In this document: positions 30,956-40,994 of the stretch, piece after piece
Layout of the letters: each line of letters begins with the position of its first letter
Numbering within the stretch: position 1 is the stretch's first letter
DNA from: an uncultured Gaiellaceae bacterium
GTDB lineage: Bacteria > Actinomycetota > Thermoleophilia > Gaiellales > Gaiellaceae
Length of the DNA stretch: 64,000 nucleotides
Direction of reading: 5' to 3'
NCBI GenBank assembly: GCA_963763755.1
Contig: CAVXQE010000002.1
Span: 184,576 to 248,575, forward strand
Notes under the pieces: model-generated
Databases searched by the model: none
Seen by the model: the letters and a program-made list of their open reading frames with translations, nothing else
What the model was told of the DNA's origin: nothing
Program-made: the position numbers and the translations under genes

Positions 30956-31948
30956 TCAGGCCCCGGCCGCGCGAGCGTCCAGCAGCCGCTGCTCGCGGTG
31001 CCAGTCGATCGTGCGCTCCAGACCGTCGTCGAGCGAGACCTTCGCCTCGAAGCCGAGGAGTGCCTGAGCCTTCGTCGTGTCCGGGATGCGGTGGCGGACG
31101 TCCTGGTAGTTGCCGGGCATCTCGTCGTAGCCGATGAAGGTGGCGCGAAGCGGCTGCGGGATCTCGAGCTTGTCCTGGATCTTCTCCGCCAGGCACCTGA
31201 TCGAGAGCGCGTCCGTCGAGCCGACGTTGATCACCTCGCCGCGGGACTCCGGTGTTTCCAGAGCGCGCATGAAGCCGTCGACGGTGTCCTCGACGTAGGT
31301 GAAGCTCCGCGTCTGCATGCCGTCACCGTGGATCTCGACGGCCTCGCCGTTCAGCAGCGACTCGATGAAGGTCACGGTCGGTCCGCCCCACCAGGTGAGG
31401 TGGTTGCGGGGGCCGTAAACGTTGAAGAGCCGCAGGATCGTCACCTTCAGGTCGCGCTCGTCAGCGAGCGCCAGCGCGTGATGCTCGTCGTACATCTTCG
31501 AGACCGCGTACGCCCAGCGCTTCGACGTCGGCGGGCCGATCACCAGCTGACCGTCCTCGCGGTACGGCGGCGTGCCGTCGCCATACACGTCGGAGGTCGA
31601 CGTCACGATCACGTCCGCGTCGAGTGCGAGCGCCACCGAGCACGCCGCGTTGACGCCGGTGACGTTGACCTCGAGCGTCGCAAGCGTGCCGCCGTAGCGC
31701 GGGATCTTCTTCGCCGCGAGGTGCATGATCGCGTCGCAGCCGTCGAAGGCCGCGCGCAGCGGTCGCCGCTGGGTGCAGTCGAGCACCTCGAACTTGAAGC
31801 CGCGGTGGTGCAGGAACGGCTCCATGTTCGCCATCGAGCCGTATGACATGTCGTCGACGCCGACGACCTCGTAGTCCTCCGCAAGCAGCCGCTCGCACAA
31901 GTGCGAGCCGACGAAGCCTGCGGCTCCGGTCACTCCGATCTTCTTCAT
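30956..31948 (-). CDS. NAD-dependent epimerase/dehydratase (extended SDR, UDP-sugar type)
   Basis: Intact 330-aa ORF with MKKIGVTGAAGFVGSHLCERLL (GxxGxxG), TSTSDVYG, the YAVSK catalytic YxxxK and LRLFNVYGP. Confidence 0.9.
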   Translation of the reverse strand: MKKIGVTGAAGFVGSHLCERLLAEDYEVVGVDDMSYGSMANMEPFLHHRGFKFEVLDCTQRRPLRAAFDGCDAIMHLAAKKIPRYGGTLATLEVNVTGVNAACSVALALDADVIVTSTSDVYGDGTPPYREDGQLVIGPPTSKRWAYAVSKMYDEHHALALADERDLKVTILRLFNVYGPRNHLTWWGGPTVTFIESLLNGEAVEIHGDGMQTRSFTYVEDTVDGFMRALETPESRGEVINVGSTDALSIRCLAEKIQDKLEIPQPLRATFIGYDEMPGNYQDVRHRIPDTTKAQALLGFEAKVSLDDGLERTIDWHREQRLLDARAAGA

Positions 31949-31985
31949 GGGACCCTCCTCTTGGGCCTGGGAAAGTCGTTGCTGG

Positions 31986-33305
31986 TCATGCCGCCGCCTG
32001 CCGAGCGGCCGGAAGCCGCTCGAGGATCCCGGGAACGACCTGGTTCGAGACGCCGATCACGGCCTGCCCGCTGACGATCTCCGGGTAGACGTGCGCGGTC
32101 GAAGCGAGCGAGAGCCCCGGCACCGAGAACATCTCGGGCAGCCGCTTGGCGCCGCCGACGAGGTGCACCGGCTCGGTCACGCGCGCCCGCTGCACGACGG
32201 ACGAGACGATCTCGTCGTCGCGCAGGTCGGGGAAGATCGTGCGGGCGTACTCCATGTACTTCCGCTCGACCTCCTCCGGCGAGGCTTCGTGATCCGGGTG
32301 CCCCGGGTCGACGTACTTCGAGACGTAGAGCAGGTGCCCCCCGACACGCTCCGGATCGACCACGTGCGTGGTCTCTACCACCGTCGTCAGCGGGACTCGC
32401 CGGTCCGTGATGTTCAGGTGGTAATACGGGCTGAGGCTCCGCTTGAGGCGGAGCAGCAGGCAAATGACGCCGAGGTACCGGCAGTGATCGGCCGGCGCCT
32501 GCTCGGCGAGCTCGGGTGCGAGCACGCGGCGCGCCATCGGCGGCGCCAGCGAGCAGAGAACATGATCGAAGCGCTGGAGGCGACCGTCGACCACGACACC
32601 GACGGCGCGGCCGCCTTCGGCGGCGATCTGCTCGACGGTCGCCCCTGCGTGTACCACGCCGCCGAGGGCGACGATCTTGTTCTCGAGGGCGTCGATGATC
32701 GTCTGGTAGCCGCCATCGAGCCAGCCCATGACCTCGCGGCCGCTCTTGTCGCGCGTCGAGCCCATCCGGCGCGTGCGCGCCCAGATGTAGGTCGCGGGCA
32801 GGTCGTCGAACTCGCCGTCGAACTTGGAGTCCAGGAGCGGCTTCCACAGCTTCTCGACCACTCCCCGCCCGCAGTGCCGCTCGAGCCACTCGAGCAGGGG
32901 CTCGTCGTCGAGCTTGTCGTGCTCCTTCGTCAGCTGGCAGCGGGCGACGAATGCCGCCAGCCGCACCCGCTCATGCGGGCGGAGCAGCGGAAAGGTGAGG
33001 AACTCCTTCGGCGAGGTCATCGAGAAGAGCCGCCCGTCGCCGTAGAAGCCGACCTTCGTCGGCTGGAAGCGCCACTTGTCGCCGACGCCGAGCTCGTCGG
33101 CGAGGCCGAGGACCCGGTCGTCGCTCGGCAGGACGACGTGGTAGAAGCGATCGGCGGCCGTCCCGTCGAAGTCGAAGGACCCGACGAGCCCGCCCAGGTC
33201 CGGCGCGCGCTCGTAGAGCGAGACGGCGACGCCTGCCTGCGCGAGGCGATATGCGGCGGTCATCCCGAGGATGCCGCCGCCGACAATCCCGACGCTCGGC
33301 TTCAT
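31986..33305 (-). CDS. FAD/NAD(P)-binding oxidoreductase (amine-oxidase / phytoene-desaturase-like fold)
   Basis: Intact 439-aa ORF with MKPSVGIVGGGILGMTAAYRLAQAGVAVSLYERAPDLGG, a dinucleotide-binding motif. It overlaps the upstream GT2 gene's stop by 4 nt (its start at 33305, the GT2 stop at 33302-33304). Confidence 0.8.
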   Translation of the reverse strand: MKPSVGIVGGGILGMTAAYRLAQAGVAVSLYERAPDLGGLVGSFDFDGTAADRFYHVVLPSDDRVLGLADELGVGDKWRFQPTKVGFYGDGRLFSMTSPKEFLTFPLLRPHERVRLAAFVARCQLTKEHDKLDDEPLLEWLERHCGRGVVEKLWKPLLDSKFDGEFDDLPATYIWARTRRMGSTRDKSGREVMGWLDGGYQTIIDALENKIVALGGVVHAGATVEQIAAEGGRAVGVVVDGRLQRFDHVLCSLAPPMARRVLAPELAEQAPADHCRYLGVICLLLRLKRSLSPYYHLNITDRRVPLTTVVETTHVVDPERVGGHLLYVSKYVDPGHPDHEASPEEVERKYMEYARTIFPDLRDDEIVSSVVQRARVTEPVHLVGGAKRLPEMFSVPGLSLASTAHVYPEIVSGQAVIGVSNQVVPGILERLPAARQAAA

Positions 33306-34124
33306 GCGCCGAGTGCGCCTTCGGGTGCAGCAGGAACCGGTTCGGGTGCGCCCTCGCGTGCGCGGAAGAGCATCCGCCAGTAGGCGAGCATCGTCTTGAA
33401 GACCGGCATCTTGCTCTCGCCGTTCCGCTTGCTCCAGTCGAGCGAGACGGGCACCTCGACGATGCGGGCGTTCATCGCCGCCAGCTTCGCGAGCAGCTCT
33501 GCCTTGCAGGCGAAGCCGCGCTCGCGGATCAGGCGCTCGCCGTAGCGGTCCGACGCATCCTGGAGCGTCGATGCCCGGTAGACGCGGAAGAAAGAGGAAA
33601 CGGTGGTTGCTTCGAGCCCGAGGCTGTGGCGCACGACCCAGCCGGCAGCCGCGCTCAGCAGGCGCCGGTGAGGGCTGACGCCCTCCATCCGCCAGTCAGC
33701 GAGCACGACGTCGGCACCGCGCCGAACCTCGTCGAGCATCTGCGGCAGCGCGCCGAGGTCGCCGGTCGTGTCTGCCTCGAGCGTGACGATCAACGCATCG
33801 GGGTCGGCGCACTGCAGCGCCGAGGTGAAGCCAGTCCGAAACGCCGCGCCGGGGCCCTGGTTGACCTCGAGCCGGACGAGCTCGACCGGCAGCGGGCCGG
33901 AATACGCCTCAACGAGCGCGGACGTGTCGTCCGCCGAGCCGTCGTCGACGATGAAGATCCGCGAGCCCTCGCCGAGCAGGTCGCTCGTCTGCGCCAGGTC
34001 GGCGAAGAGGTTCGGCAGGTTCTGCTTCCTCGTTGAAGGCGGGGATGACGAAGAGGAGTTGTGGCCTGCTCTCGGCCTGAGTCCCCTCGTCCACCGCTCT
34101 CGTTGTCATCTCCAAAGTGCTCAC
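33302..34124 (-). CDS. GT2 polyprenyl-phosphate glycosyltransferase-like (DPM1/ArnC-like; one frameshift near 34020)
   Basis: PQLLFVIPAFNEE, then after a 1-nt shift QNLPNLFADL...RIFIVDDGSADDTSALV...LEVNQGPGAAFRTGF, continuing into ORF 33302..33793 (LIVTLEADTTGDLG...FFRVYRAS...GFACKAELLAKL). Confidence 0.75.
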
Positions 34125-34337
34125 GTGCGTCGCTCTCCCACCGTCGAAGTCGGTCGTGCCCCCGTTGCAAGGAGCCTAGGAGGGGCGCAGCGAGGCTTCC
34201 AGGCCAGAGCGGCAATCCCCGTCGGGGGTTGGGGCAGCTAGCCCTTCGGGGGGCTGACATGTCTAGAACGGTCCGCGCAAAGCCTGACCCGAAGGGGATT
34301 TATCCCGAGGGCCTCGGCAGCGCATGATTCGAGACGT

Positions 34338-35699
34338 GTGGCGAGGACAGCTTCGAATCCGGTTCTGCCGGTGTTCGCCGGTGGTGCCGGCGTGACTGAG
34401 ATGGCGGTCAATCCGTCCGTCGCGACCGAACGCGCCGTCAGGGCACCTCGAAGCTTCGACGGCGCGGTGCTCCTCTCGGGAGCGACCGTCGCGTCCGGGA
34501 TTCTCGCCTACGCCTACCACGTGCTGGCCGCACGCGTGCTCGGCCCAGAGGCCTACGGTCTCGTCGCCGTTCTCTGGGCAGCGTTGTTCCTGCTCGTGGT
34601 CGTGCTCTTCCGGCCGCTCGAGCAGACGACGTCACGGGCGCTCGCCGACCGGCTGGCTCGAGGACATGAGGTTCGCTCCGTTCTGCGGGCGATGTTCTGG
34701 ATCTACCTGGTGCTCGCCGTCGCGATCGGAGTCGTCGGCGCGCTCGGTTGGGGGTTGATCGGCGACCGGCTCTTCCTCGGCGACTCCTTCTATACCGCGG
34801 CGCTCGTGATCGGCCTCGCCGCCTACGGCGTCGCCTACGTGGCGCGCGGCGTGTTCGCCGGCGCCCGCTGGTTCAACGGCTATGCGCTGCTGCTGGTCTC
34901 TGACGGCGCCGTCCGAGTCGCGGTCGTCGTGCCGCTGCTCGTTCGTCGCGTCGCGCGATCTCGCTGCGGCAGCGATGGTCGCCGCCGCGGTCGGGAGTGT
35001 CGCGCTGCCGGTTCTCGTCGGCCGCCGCGTGCTCCGCCCGCTGGTCGCCAGGGGAGAGGGATCGCCGTTCCACGTCGGCGCCGCAGTCGCCTTCGCCTGG
35101 CCGGCGGCCGTGATCGCGGTCGCTGACCAGGTGCTCGTCAACGGCGGCCCGCTGCTCGTGATGCTCGGCGGCGGCGAGAACGTCGGCAAGATCGCCGGTC
35201 TCGTCTTCGCGGCCACGATGCTCGTCCGGATCCCGGTCTTCGTCTTCCAGGGCATCGCAACCTCGATGCTGCCGAACCTGACGCTGCTGCACGCGACCGC
35301 CGAGCGCGCGCTCTTCCGCCGCGCGGTGCTTCGCGCAGCGGGAGGCCTGGCCGGCGTCGCAGCGGTGATCGTGGTCGCGCGCGGCGGCGATCGGGCCGCG
35401 AGGCGCTACAGGCGGTCTACGGCTCGGAATACACCGCCGGCAGGCTCGAGCTCGCGCTTCTCGGAGTGGGCGTCGGCTGCTACCTCGCGACCTCGACCTT
35501 CTCGCAGGCGCTGCTCGCGCTCGATCGCGGGCGCATCGCGGCGCTCGGCTGGGTCGTCTCCGCCGTGGTCTTCCTCGTCGCCTATGCCGTCATTCCGGGT
35601 GAGGCGCTCTTCCGCGTCTCGACCGCGTTCGCCCTGGGCACGGCGGTTGCGGTGCCTCTCCTCGGCTACGCGCTCGTTCACTGCAGGAGGGACGGATGA
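34338..35699 (+). CDS. polysaccharide-flippase-like (MOP/Wzx-type) polytopic membrane protein (frameshifted; start uncertain)
   Basis: Hydrophobic multi-pass sequence across ORFs 34338..35126, 34882..37002 (first part) and 35466..35699, for example LLSGATVASGILAYAYHVLAARVLGPEAYGLVAVLWAALFLLVVVLF and LVFAATMLVRIPVFVFQGIATSMLPNL. The stop overlaps the next ATG (ATGA at 35696). Confidence 0.5.
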
Positions 35700-36739
35700 G
35701 AACACCGGTCACAGTCGGCGTGGTCTGCGGCGTCTCCGGCCTCGGCGCGACGCTCGCGCGGGCGTTCGACGAGCTGCCGCAGTCGAGTCTGCGCTGGATC
35801 TGCGACCAGGCGCCACGGATTGCGAGCGTGGGCTACGGCCCCGCGACCGCCTGGACGAGCGACTTCGACGAGCTGTTGCAGGACGAGGATCTCGACGTCG
35901 TCGTCTTCGCGTCCTCCGAGCTCGCGGGGTCTGGGCGAGCGCTGGCGGCGCTCGCCGCAGACAAGCACGTCTTCGTCGACGGCCCGCTCGCCTCCGGCTC
36001 GGTCGAGGCGGACGCGATGGTGGCGGCCGCAGCCAAGCGAAACCGGCACCTGATGGCACATTCGCCGGCGCTGCTGCGCCCCGGCGTGCTCCGGCTGCAC
36101 CGCCTGATCGACCGCGGCGCGCTCGGCGAGATCTTCTACGTGCACGCGCGGCGCTTCGCGTTGCGGGCCGAGCACCAGGACGTCGACGTGCTCTGGGACC
36201 TCGGTGCCGACACGATCGCAACCGTGCTCGACCTCCTCGGCGACGAGCCGGTCGAGGCACACGCGAGCGGCGTGTCCTACCTCGGTCGCCAGGCGCCCGA
36301 CGTGATCTTCGCCAAGCTCGAGTTCGCCACCGGCATCGGCGTCTACGTCCATCTCTCCTGTCTCGAGGGGGAGACCGCCGATCACATCTCGGTCGTGGGC
36401 TCGGAAGCCACTGCGGTGCTCGACGCGAACGAGCCCGAGCACGAGCTCTCGATCTTCGTCAACGGGCCGACGCCGGCCGAGTTCGACGACCTGACGGTCG
36501 AGCAGGGCGACAGGGTCAGCTTCCGGCTGCCGGCGGCAGACTCGCTTCCGGTCGCCTGCGCCCGGTTCCTGACCGCCGTTCGCTCGCAGAGCGAGGTTCA
36601 GTACGGACGCGAGGCATCGACTGCGTTGGCGGTCACCGAAGCGCTCGAGCTCTCGTGTGCGAACCGGGGCACCGTGGAGGCGATCGCGCCGCGGCCGGGA
36701 CGGCTCGAAGAGAACGTGATCGCGTTCCGCGCACGCTGA
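35696..36739 (+). CDS. Gfo/Idh/MocA-family oxidoreductase-like protein
   Basis: Intact 347-aa ORF. The N-terminal Rossmann-like part (VTVGVVCGVSGLG...DLDVVVFASS...HVFVDGPLA) and the C-terminal alpha/beta part fit the family. The assignment is by overall pattern only. Confidence 0.6.
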   Translation: MRTPVTVGVVCGVSGLGATLARAFDELPQSSLRWICDQAPRIASVGYGPATAWTSDFDELLQDEDLDVVVFASSELAGSGRALAALAADKHVFVDGPLASGSVEADAMVAAAAKRNRHLMAHSPALLRPGVLRLHRLIDRGALGEIFYVHARRFALRAEHQDVDVLWDLGADTIATVLDLLGDEPVEAHASGVSYLGRQAPDVIFAKLEFATGIGVYVHLSCLEGETADHISVVGSEATAVLDANEPEHELSIFVNGPTPAEFDDLTVEQGDRVSFRLPAADSLPVACARFLTAVRSQSEVQYGREASTALAVTEALELSCANRGTVEAIAPRPGRLEENVIAFRAR

Positions 36740-37167
36740 GTCGACGGCCGCCCCCCGACCAAGTGGAGGCGGCCGCCGCCTCACGCCAAGATGACCGCTC
36801 CAGGGGCCATCGCGCATCCGCCAAAAGGGTGATTTTGCAGGGCAAGTGCCGGGCTTCCTGCTTGGTCTCAGGAAGTCCGGCGACTCACCCTCGAGCGCAG
36901 GCGATAAAGCGTCCGCTGCGCTTCTGCGCGCGTGTAAGCGGCCTCACAACGCGCAGGAGAGACGTTACGCCCGGCCCGCCGCCACCGCCACTAGCCGATT
37001 GAGCAGATCTCCGATTGCGAGAAGTTCGACACCTTTTCTCCAGAAAAATTCCACACAAACCTTCACTTTCATCACGAACTGCGCTAGGTTGAGCGGAGGG
37101 TAAAGGCGGGCGTGGAGGTTGGAGCACCACACGCAAGACATGTGAAGACGAAAGGCGGCCCTTTCGA

Positions 37168-37849
37168 ATGAGTCAGTACAACGGGCGTACGGCAGTACTC
37201 GTAGATCATCATCCGCTTTGGCTAGACGCAGTCAGTCTGGTCGTGGCGGATCTCGGCTTGACGGTCGTCGGCACAGCGACGTCCGGGCGCGATGGGCTTG
37301 CGCTCGTGACCGAGCATCGTCCCGACGTCCTTGTCACCGGCATTCAGATGCCGGAGGGCGACATCGACGGGATCGAGCTCGTGCGCAAGGGGAACGAGAT
37401 CGTCCCCACGCTTGCGCGGGATCGTCCTCTCGGTGTACGACGACACGAAGCACATCGACGCGGCCCTTGCGGCGGGCGCAGTCGCGTACGTGATCAAGAC
37501 GGCGCATCCGGATGACCTTCGCTCCGCCATCCGGCAGGCGTTCGCACACTCGGTCTATCTGCCGGGCAGCCGGCCGGCCGCGGCGCAGACGTCGCGCGCC
37601 GCGACCGAGGATCTGCCCGATCTCACGCGGCGCGAGCTGGAGATCCTCCAGCTGGTCGCGGAGGGACACTCGAACACGCAGCTCGCGAAGATGCTGTGGG
37701 TGACCGAGCAGACCGTGAAGTTCCACCTGTCCAACGTGTACCGGAAGCTGGACGTGGCGAACCGGACCGAGGCGAGCCGCTGGGCTCAGCTGCACGGTCT
37801 GCTGGGTTCGCCGAAGCACGACCAGCTCGCCGGAGCGTCGGTCGGCTAG
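37168..37849 (+). CDS. LuxR/NarL-family response regulator with atypical receiver (one frameshift near 37410)
   Basis: The receiver is TAVLVDHHPLWLDAV...PDVLVTGIQMPEGDIDGIELV, then after an extra g in cgcggg IVLSVYDD...AVAYVIK. The C-terminal HTH is LTRRELEILQLVAEGHSNTQLAKMLWVTEQTVKFHLSNVYRKLDVANRTEA. Confidence 0.8.
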
Positions 37850-37912
37850 AGAAACACCGCTCCCTCGCGCGCCCGTGTGAACGGGCTGCGCGGGGGAGCT
37901 ACTCGTCTGGTC

Positions 37913-38719
37913 CTAGTGGCAGGCCCCCGAGCCGCTGTCGCTGTAGGTCGAGCCGGCGACGGGGACGAAGCGCCAGTCGTACGCTTCCGGATGCAGTGTC
38001 AGCCTGAGGACGCCGTAGGTCAGAAAGTTGACTGTGACGCTCTTGGGCCGCGACAGGCGGAACAGCACCGGATAGTGGCTCCGGCCGCCGGTGCCGACGA
38101 CGAAGGTCCGGATGCCCTCGAACGGGGCGAACCGCTCGTAGTGGTGGTCGTGGCCGGCGAGGACGATGTCGGCACCACCGCGGCTGAGCGTCGTCCACAG
38201 CGCGCCGAGGGTGGTGTCCGAGCCGTGGAGGCCGGAGCTGAAGCGCGGGTGATGCATGTACGCAACGGTGCAAGAGGCCGGATTCGCAGCGAGGTCCGCG
38301 GCGAGCCAGCGTTGCTGCGGCGATCCGCGCCCGCAGCCGCCCGCGGGGCGGCAGTTGGAGTTGAGGACGACGACGTGCCAGTCGCCGAGGTCGTAGGAGT
38401 AGTAGCCCGAGCGCGGGAGGTGGAAGTAGGCGATCGCAGCCTTCGCGTCGCCGGAGCCGTACTCGTGATTGCCGAGTGCGGCGCGCGTCCGGCCGCGGAA
38501 ACGGCCCCACGAGTAGCAGTCGCGGAACTCCTGTGCGGTTCCGCGTTCGTACACCGCGTCGCCGAGGACAGCGACGGTTCCGGGGATCCGGGCGACGAGC
38601 GCCGCGGTCCGCTCGTCGCCCGACGAGCGGCAGGAGGCGATGTCGCCGGCGGCGATCAGCGTGGTGGGTTGTGCGGGTGCGAGCAGCGAGAGCGCCGTCG
38701 CGATCGTCGCGAGAATCAA
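37913..38719 (-). CDS. secreted calcineurin-like metallophosphoesterase
   Basis: The TTG start overlaps the asd stop. [18 protein letters not shown] is signal-like. Motifs are AAGDIAS, VLGDAVYE, GNHEY, YSYDLGDWHVVVLNSN, MHHP and LAGHDHHYERF. Confidence 0.8.
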   Translation of the reverse strand: MILATIATALSLLAPAQPTTLIAAGDIASCRSSGDERTAALVARIPGTVAVLGDAVYERGTAQEFRDCYSWGRFRGRTRAALGNHEYGSGDAKAAIAYFHLPRSGYYSYDLGDWHVVVLNSNCRPAGGCGRGSPQQRWLAADLAANPASCTVAYMHHPRFSSGLHGSDTTLGALWTTLSRGGADIVLAGHDHHYERFAPFEGIRTFVVGTGGRSHYPVLFRLSRPKSVTVNFLTYGVLRLTLHPEAYDWRFVPVAGSTYSDSGSGACH

Positions 38720-39669
38720 GCCGCGACGCGCTGCTGTGCCAGCAGAAGCTCGGCGATCTGGATTGCGTTCAGCGCCGCGCCCTTGCGCAGGTTGTCGCCG
38801 ACGATGAACAGTGCGAGCCCGTTCTCGATCGTCGGGTCCTTGCGGATGCGGCCGACGAGGACGTCGTCGCCGCCTGCAGCGCCGCCCGGAGTGGGGAACT
38901 GCTCGAGCCGGAGACCCGGCGCGCCGCCGAGGATCGATGTCGCCTGCTCGGCGGAGAGCGGCTCCTTCGTCTCGATCCACACGGCCTCGGCGTGCCCGAC
39001 GAGGATCGGCACGCGCACGCAGGTCGCGCTCACCGGCAGCGCCGGCAGCTCGAGGATCTTCCGTGTCTCCTCTCGCAGCTTCTCTTCCTCGTCGAACTCG
39101 ACGCCGTCGAAGCTCCAGTCCATGCGCAGGTCGTTCTCCTCCGGCGTTTGCGCCCGCAGGCGCTCCATCGCCTGCGCGCCTGCCCCGGAGACCGACTGGT
39201 AGGTGGCGACACGGATGCGTTCGAGCCCGACAGCGTCGTGCAGCGGCTTGAGCGCACACGTGAGCGGGATCGCGCAGCAGTTCGGGTTCGCGACGATCCC
39301 CTGGTGCTCGGCTGCGCGAATCCCGTTCACTTCGGGCACGACGAGCGGAATCCCGGGCTGGAGCCGGTAGGCAGCTGACTTGTCGACGCACACGGCCCCA
39401 CCGTGGACGGCGTGTGGAACCAGCTCGAGGCTCGCCGAGGTGCCGACCGAGAAGAGACAGAGATCGAGATCGCCGGCGGAGAGCACCTCCGGCGTCGCCT
39501 CCTCGACGGTCGTCCCGCCCAGCTGCTTCCCCGCGGAGCGCGCGGAGGCGAAGAGGCGCACGTCGCGGTAGCCGCGCTCGCGCAGAAGCTCCAGCGTGAT
39601 CGTCCCGACCGCGCCGGTGGCGCCGACGACGCCGATACGCGGGTTGCTAGCCAAGCTCGAACGCCTCAT
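38716..39669 (-). CDS. asd: aspartate-semialdehyde dehydrogenase
   Basis: Intact ORF with [12 protein letters not shown], the active-site [20 protein letters not shown] and [12 protein letters not shown]. It is adjacent to ask, as in other Actinomycetota. Confidence 0.9.
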   Translation of the reverse strand: MRRSSLASNPRIGVVGATGAVGTITLELLRERGYRDVRLFASARSAGKQLGGTTVEEATPEVLSAGDLDLCLFSVGTSASLELVPHAVHGGAVCVDKSAAYRLQPGIPLVVPEVNGIRAAEHQGIVANPNCCAIPLTCALKPLHDAVGLERIRVATYQSVSGAGAQAMERLRAQTPEENDLRMDWSFDGVEFDEEEKLREETRKILELPALPVSATCVRVPILVGHAEAVWIETKEPLSAEQATSILGGAPGLRLEQFPTPGGAAGGDDVLVGRIRKDPTIENGLALFIVGDNLRKGAALNAIQIAELLLAQQRVAA

Positions 39670-40876
39670 GGAGGGCCTGGACGGCCCGGTCGACGTCGGT
39701 GGAGGGGACGTGGCACGCGATCTTGATCGGCGAGGTGGAGACGATCGACGCCTCGATTCCGGCCTGCTCGAGCGTGGCGAACGTCTTCGCGGCGACTCCT
39801 GGGTGGCTCTTCATTCCGGCCCCGACGAGGCTGACCTTGCCGAGGTCGTCACGCGAGGTCCAGCTGACGCCGAGCGCGTCGAGCGTGCGTGAGGCGTCGG
39901 CGCGATCCTCGACCGGGGCGGAGAAGACGATCTCGGCGTTCGTCTGCACGATCGTGTCGACGTTCACGGAAGCCTCGGCGAGCGCGCCGAAGAGCTGCGC
40001 GGCCGTGGTGCCCTCGACGCGGTAGACGGTCTCCTCGCGCTGGTGCACGACGCCGGAGATCAGTGCCTTTTCGAGCATCTCCTTCTCCTCCTGCTGGATC
40101 CACGTGCCGTCTCCTTCTTCGAAGGACGAACGGACGTGGAGACGCACATTGTGACTACGCGCGACCTCGATCGAGCGCGTGGCCATCACGCCGGCCCCGG
40201 AGGAGGCCATCTCGAGCATCTCGTCGAAGCTGACGTGGGTCAGCTGGCGGGCGTTGGACACGACCCGCGGGTCGGCGGAGTAGACGCCGAGGACGTCGGT
40301 GTAGATCTCGCAGTGATCGGCGCCGAGTGCCGCCGCGAGGGCGACCGCGGTCGTGTCGGAGCCGCCGCGGCCGAGCGTCGTCACCTCGAATGCGGTCGAG
40401 ACGCCCTGGAAGCCGGCGACGAGGACGATCGTCCCCTCGTCGAGCGCCTCGTGGATCCGGCGCGCGCGCACCTCGACGATCTTTGCCTTTCCATGCACGG
40501 TGTCGGTGACGATCCCCGCCTGCGAGCCGGTGAGCGAGATCGCCTCGTGCCCGAGATCGTGGATCACCATCGCCGCCAGCGCACAGGAGATCCGCTCCCC
40601 GACCGAGACGAGCATGTCGAGCTCACGGGGATGTGGCGCGTCCGAGATCTGGTGGGCGAGATCGAGCAGCTCGTCGGTCGTGTGCCCCATCGCCGAGAGG
40701 ACGCCGACGACGCGGTGCCCTTCGTCACGGGCGGCGACGAGACGAGCGGCGACGCGCTTCAGCTTCTCCGGGTCGCCGACGGAGGTGCCGCCGAACTTCA
40801 TCACGACCGTGCCGAGGTGGGCGGCCTCCGCGTCGGCATCGACCGCCGGGACGGCTTCGTACTCGGTCGCGGCCAT
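39647..40876 (-). CDS. ask: aspartate kinase
   Basis: [73 protein letters not shown] and C-terminal ACT repeats. The ORF track extends to 41152, but Met at 40876 (or 40801) is the plausible start. Confidence 0.9.
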   Translation of the reverse strand: MAATEYEAVPAVDADAEAAHLGTVVMKFGGTSVGDPEKLKRVAARLVAARDEGHRVVGVLSAMGHTTDELLDLAHQISDAPHPRELDMLVSVGERISCALAAMVIHDLGHEAISLTGSQAGIVTDTVHGKAKIVEVRARRIHEALDEGTIVLVAGFQGVSTAFEVTTLGRGGSDTTAVALAAALGADHCEIYTDVLGVYSADPRVVSNARQLTHVSFDEMLEMASSGAGVMATRSIEVARSHNVRLHVRSSFEEGDGTWIQQEEKEMLEKALISGVVHQREETVYRVEGTTAAQLFGALAEASVNVDTIVQTNAEIVFSAPVEDRADASRTLDALGVSWTSRDDLGKVSLVGAGMKSHPGVAAKTFATLEQAGIEASIVSTSPIKIACHVPSTDVDRAVQALHEAFELG

Positions 40877-40943
40877 GCCGATGAGTGTAGACACGAGCCC
40901 GGAACCGGCCCCTGAAACGGAAAAGGCCCCCGACAGGAGGCCA

Positions 40944-40986
40944 TAAAAAACACTGAACCGACGAACCCGAAGGCCCGTCGGTTCAG
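40944..40986 (-). terminator. intrinsic-terminator-like hairpin with U-tract, 67 nt upstream of the ask start
   Basis: Minus strand reads CTGAACCGACGggccttcgggttCGTCGGTTCAG tg TTTTTTat (11-bp stems plus a further G:U/G:C pairs at the loop end; T6 tract). Confidence 0.5.
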
Positions 40987-40994
40987 ATGGGAGG

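Noticed and set aside
34125-34337. GC-rich hairpins (ccccgtcgggg; cagctagcccttcggggggctg) in the divergent GT2/flippase intergenic region considered as a structured RNA.
   Set aside because: They are short, imperfect stems of a kind expected by chance at this GC content. They resemble no RNA family I know.
36846-37103. An 85-aa ORF (plus the minus-strand ORF 36885..37136) in the long intergenic region upstream of the response regulator.
   Set aside because: There is no RBS, the composition is odd, and the two ORFs overlap each other on opposite strands in a region that looks regulatory.
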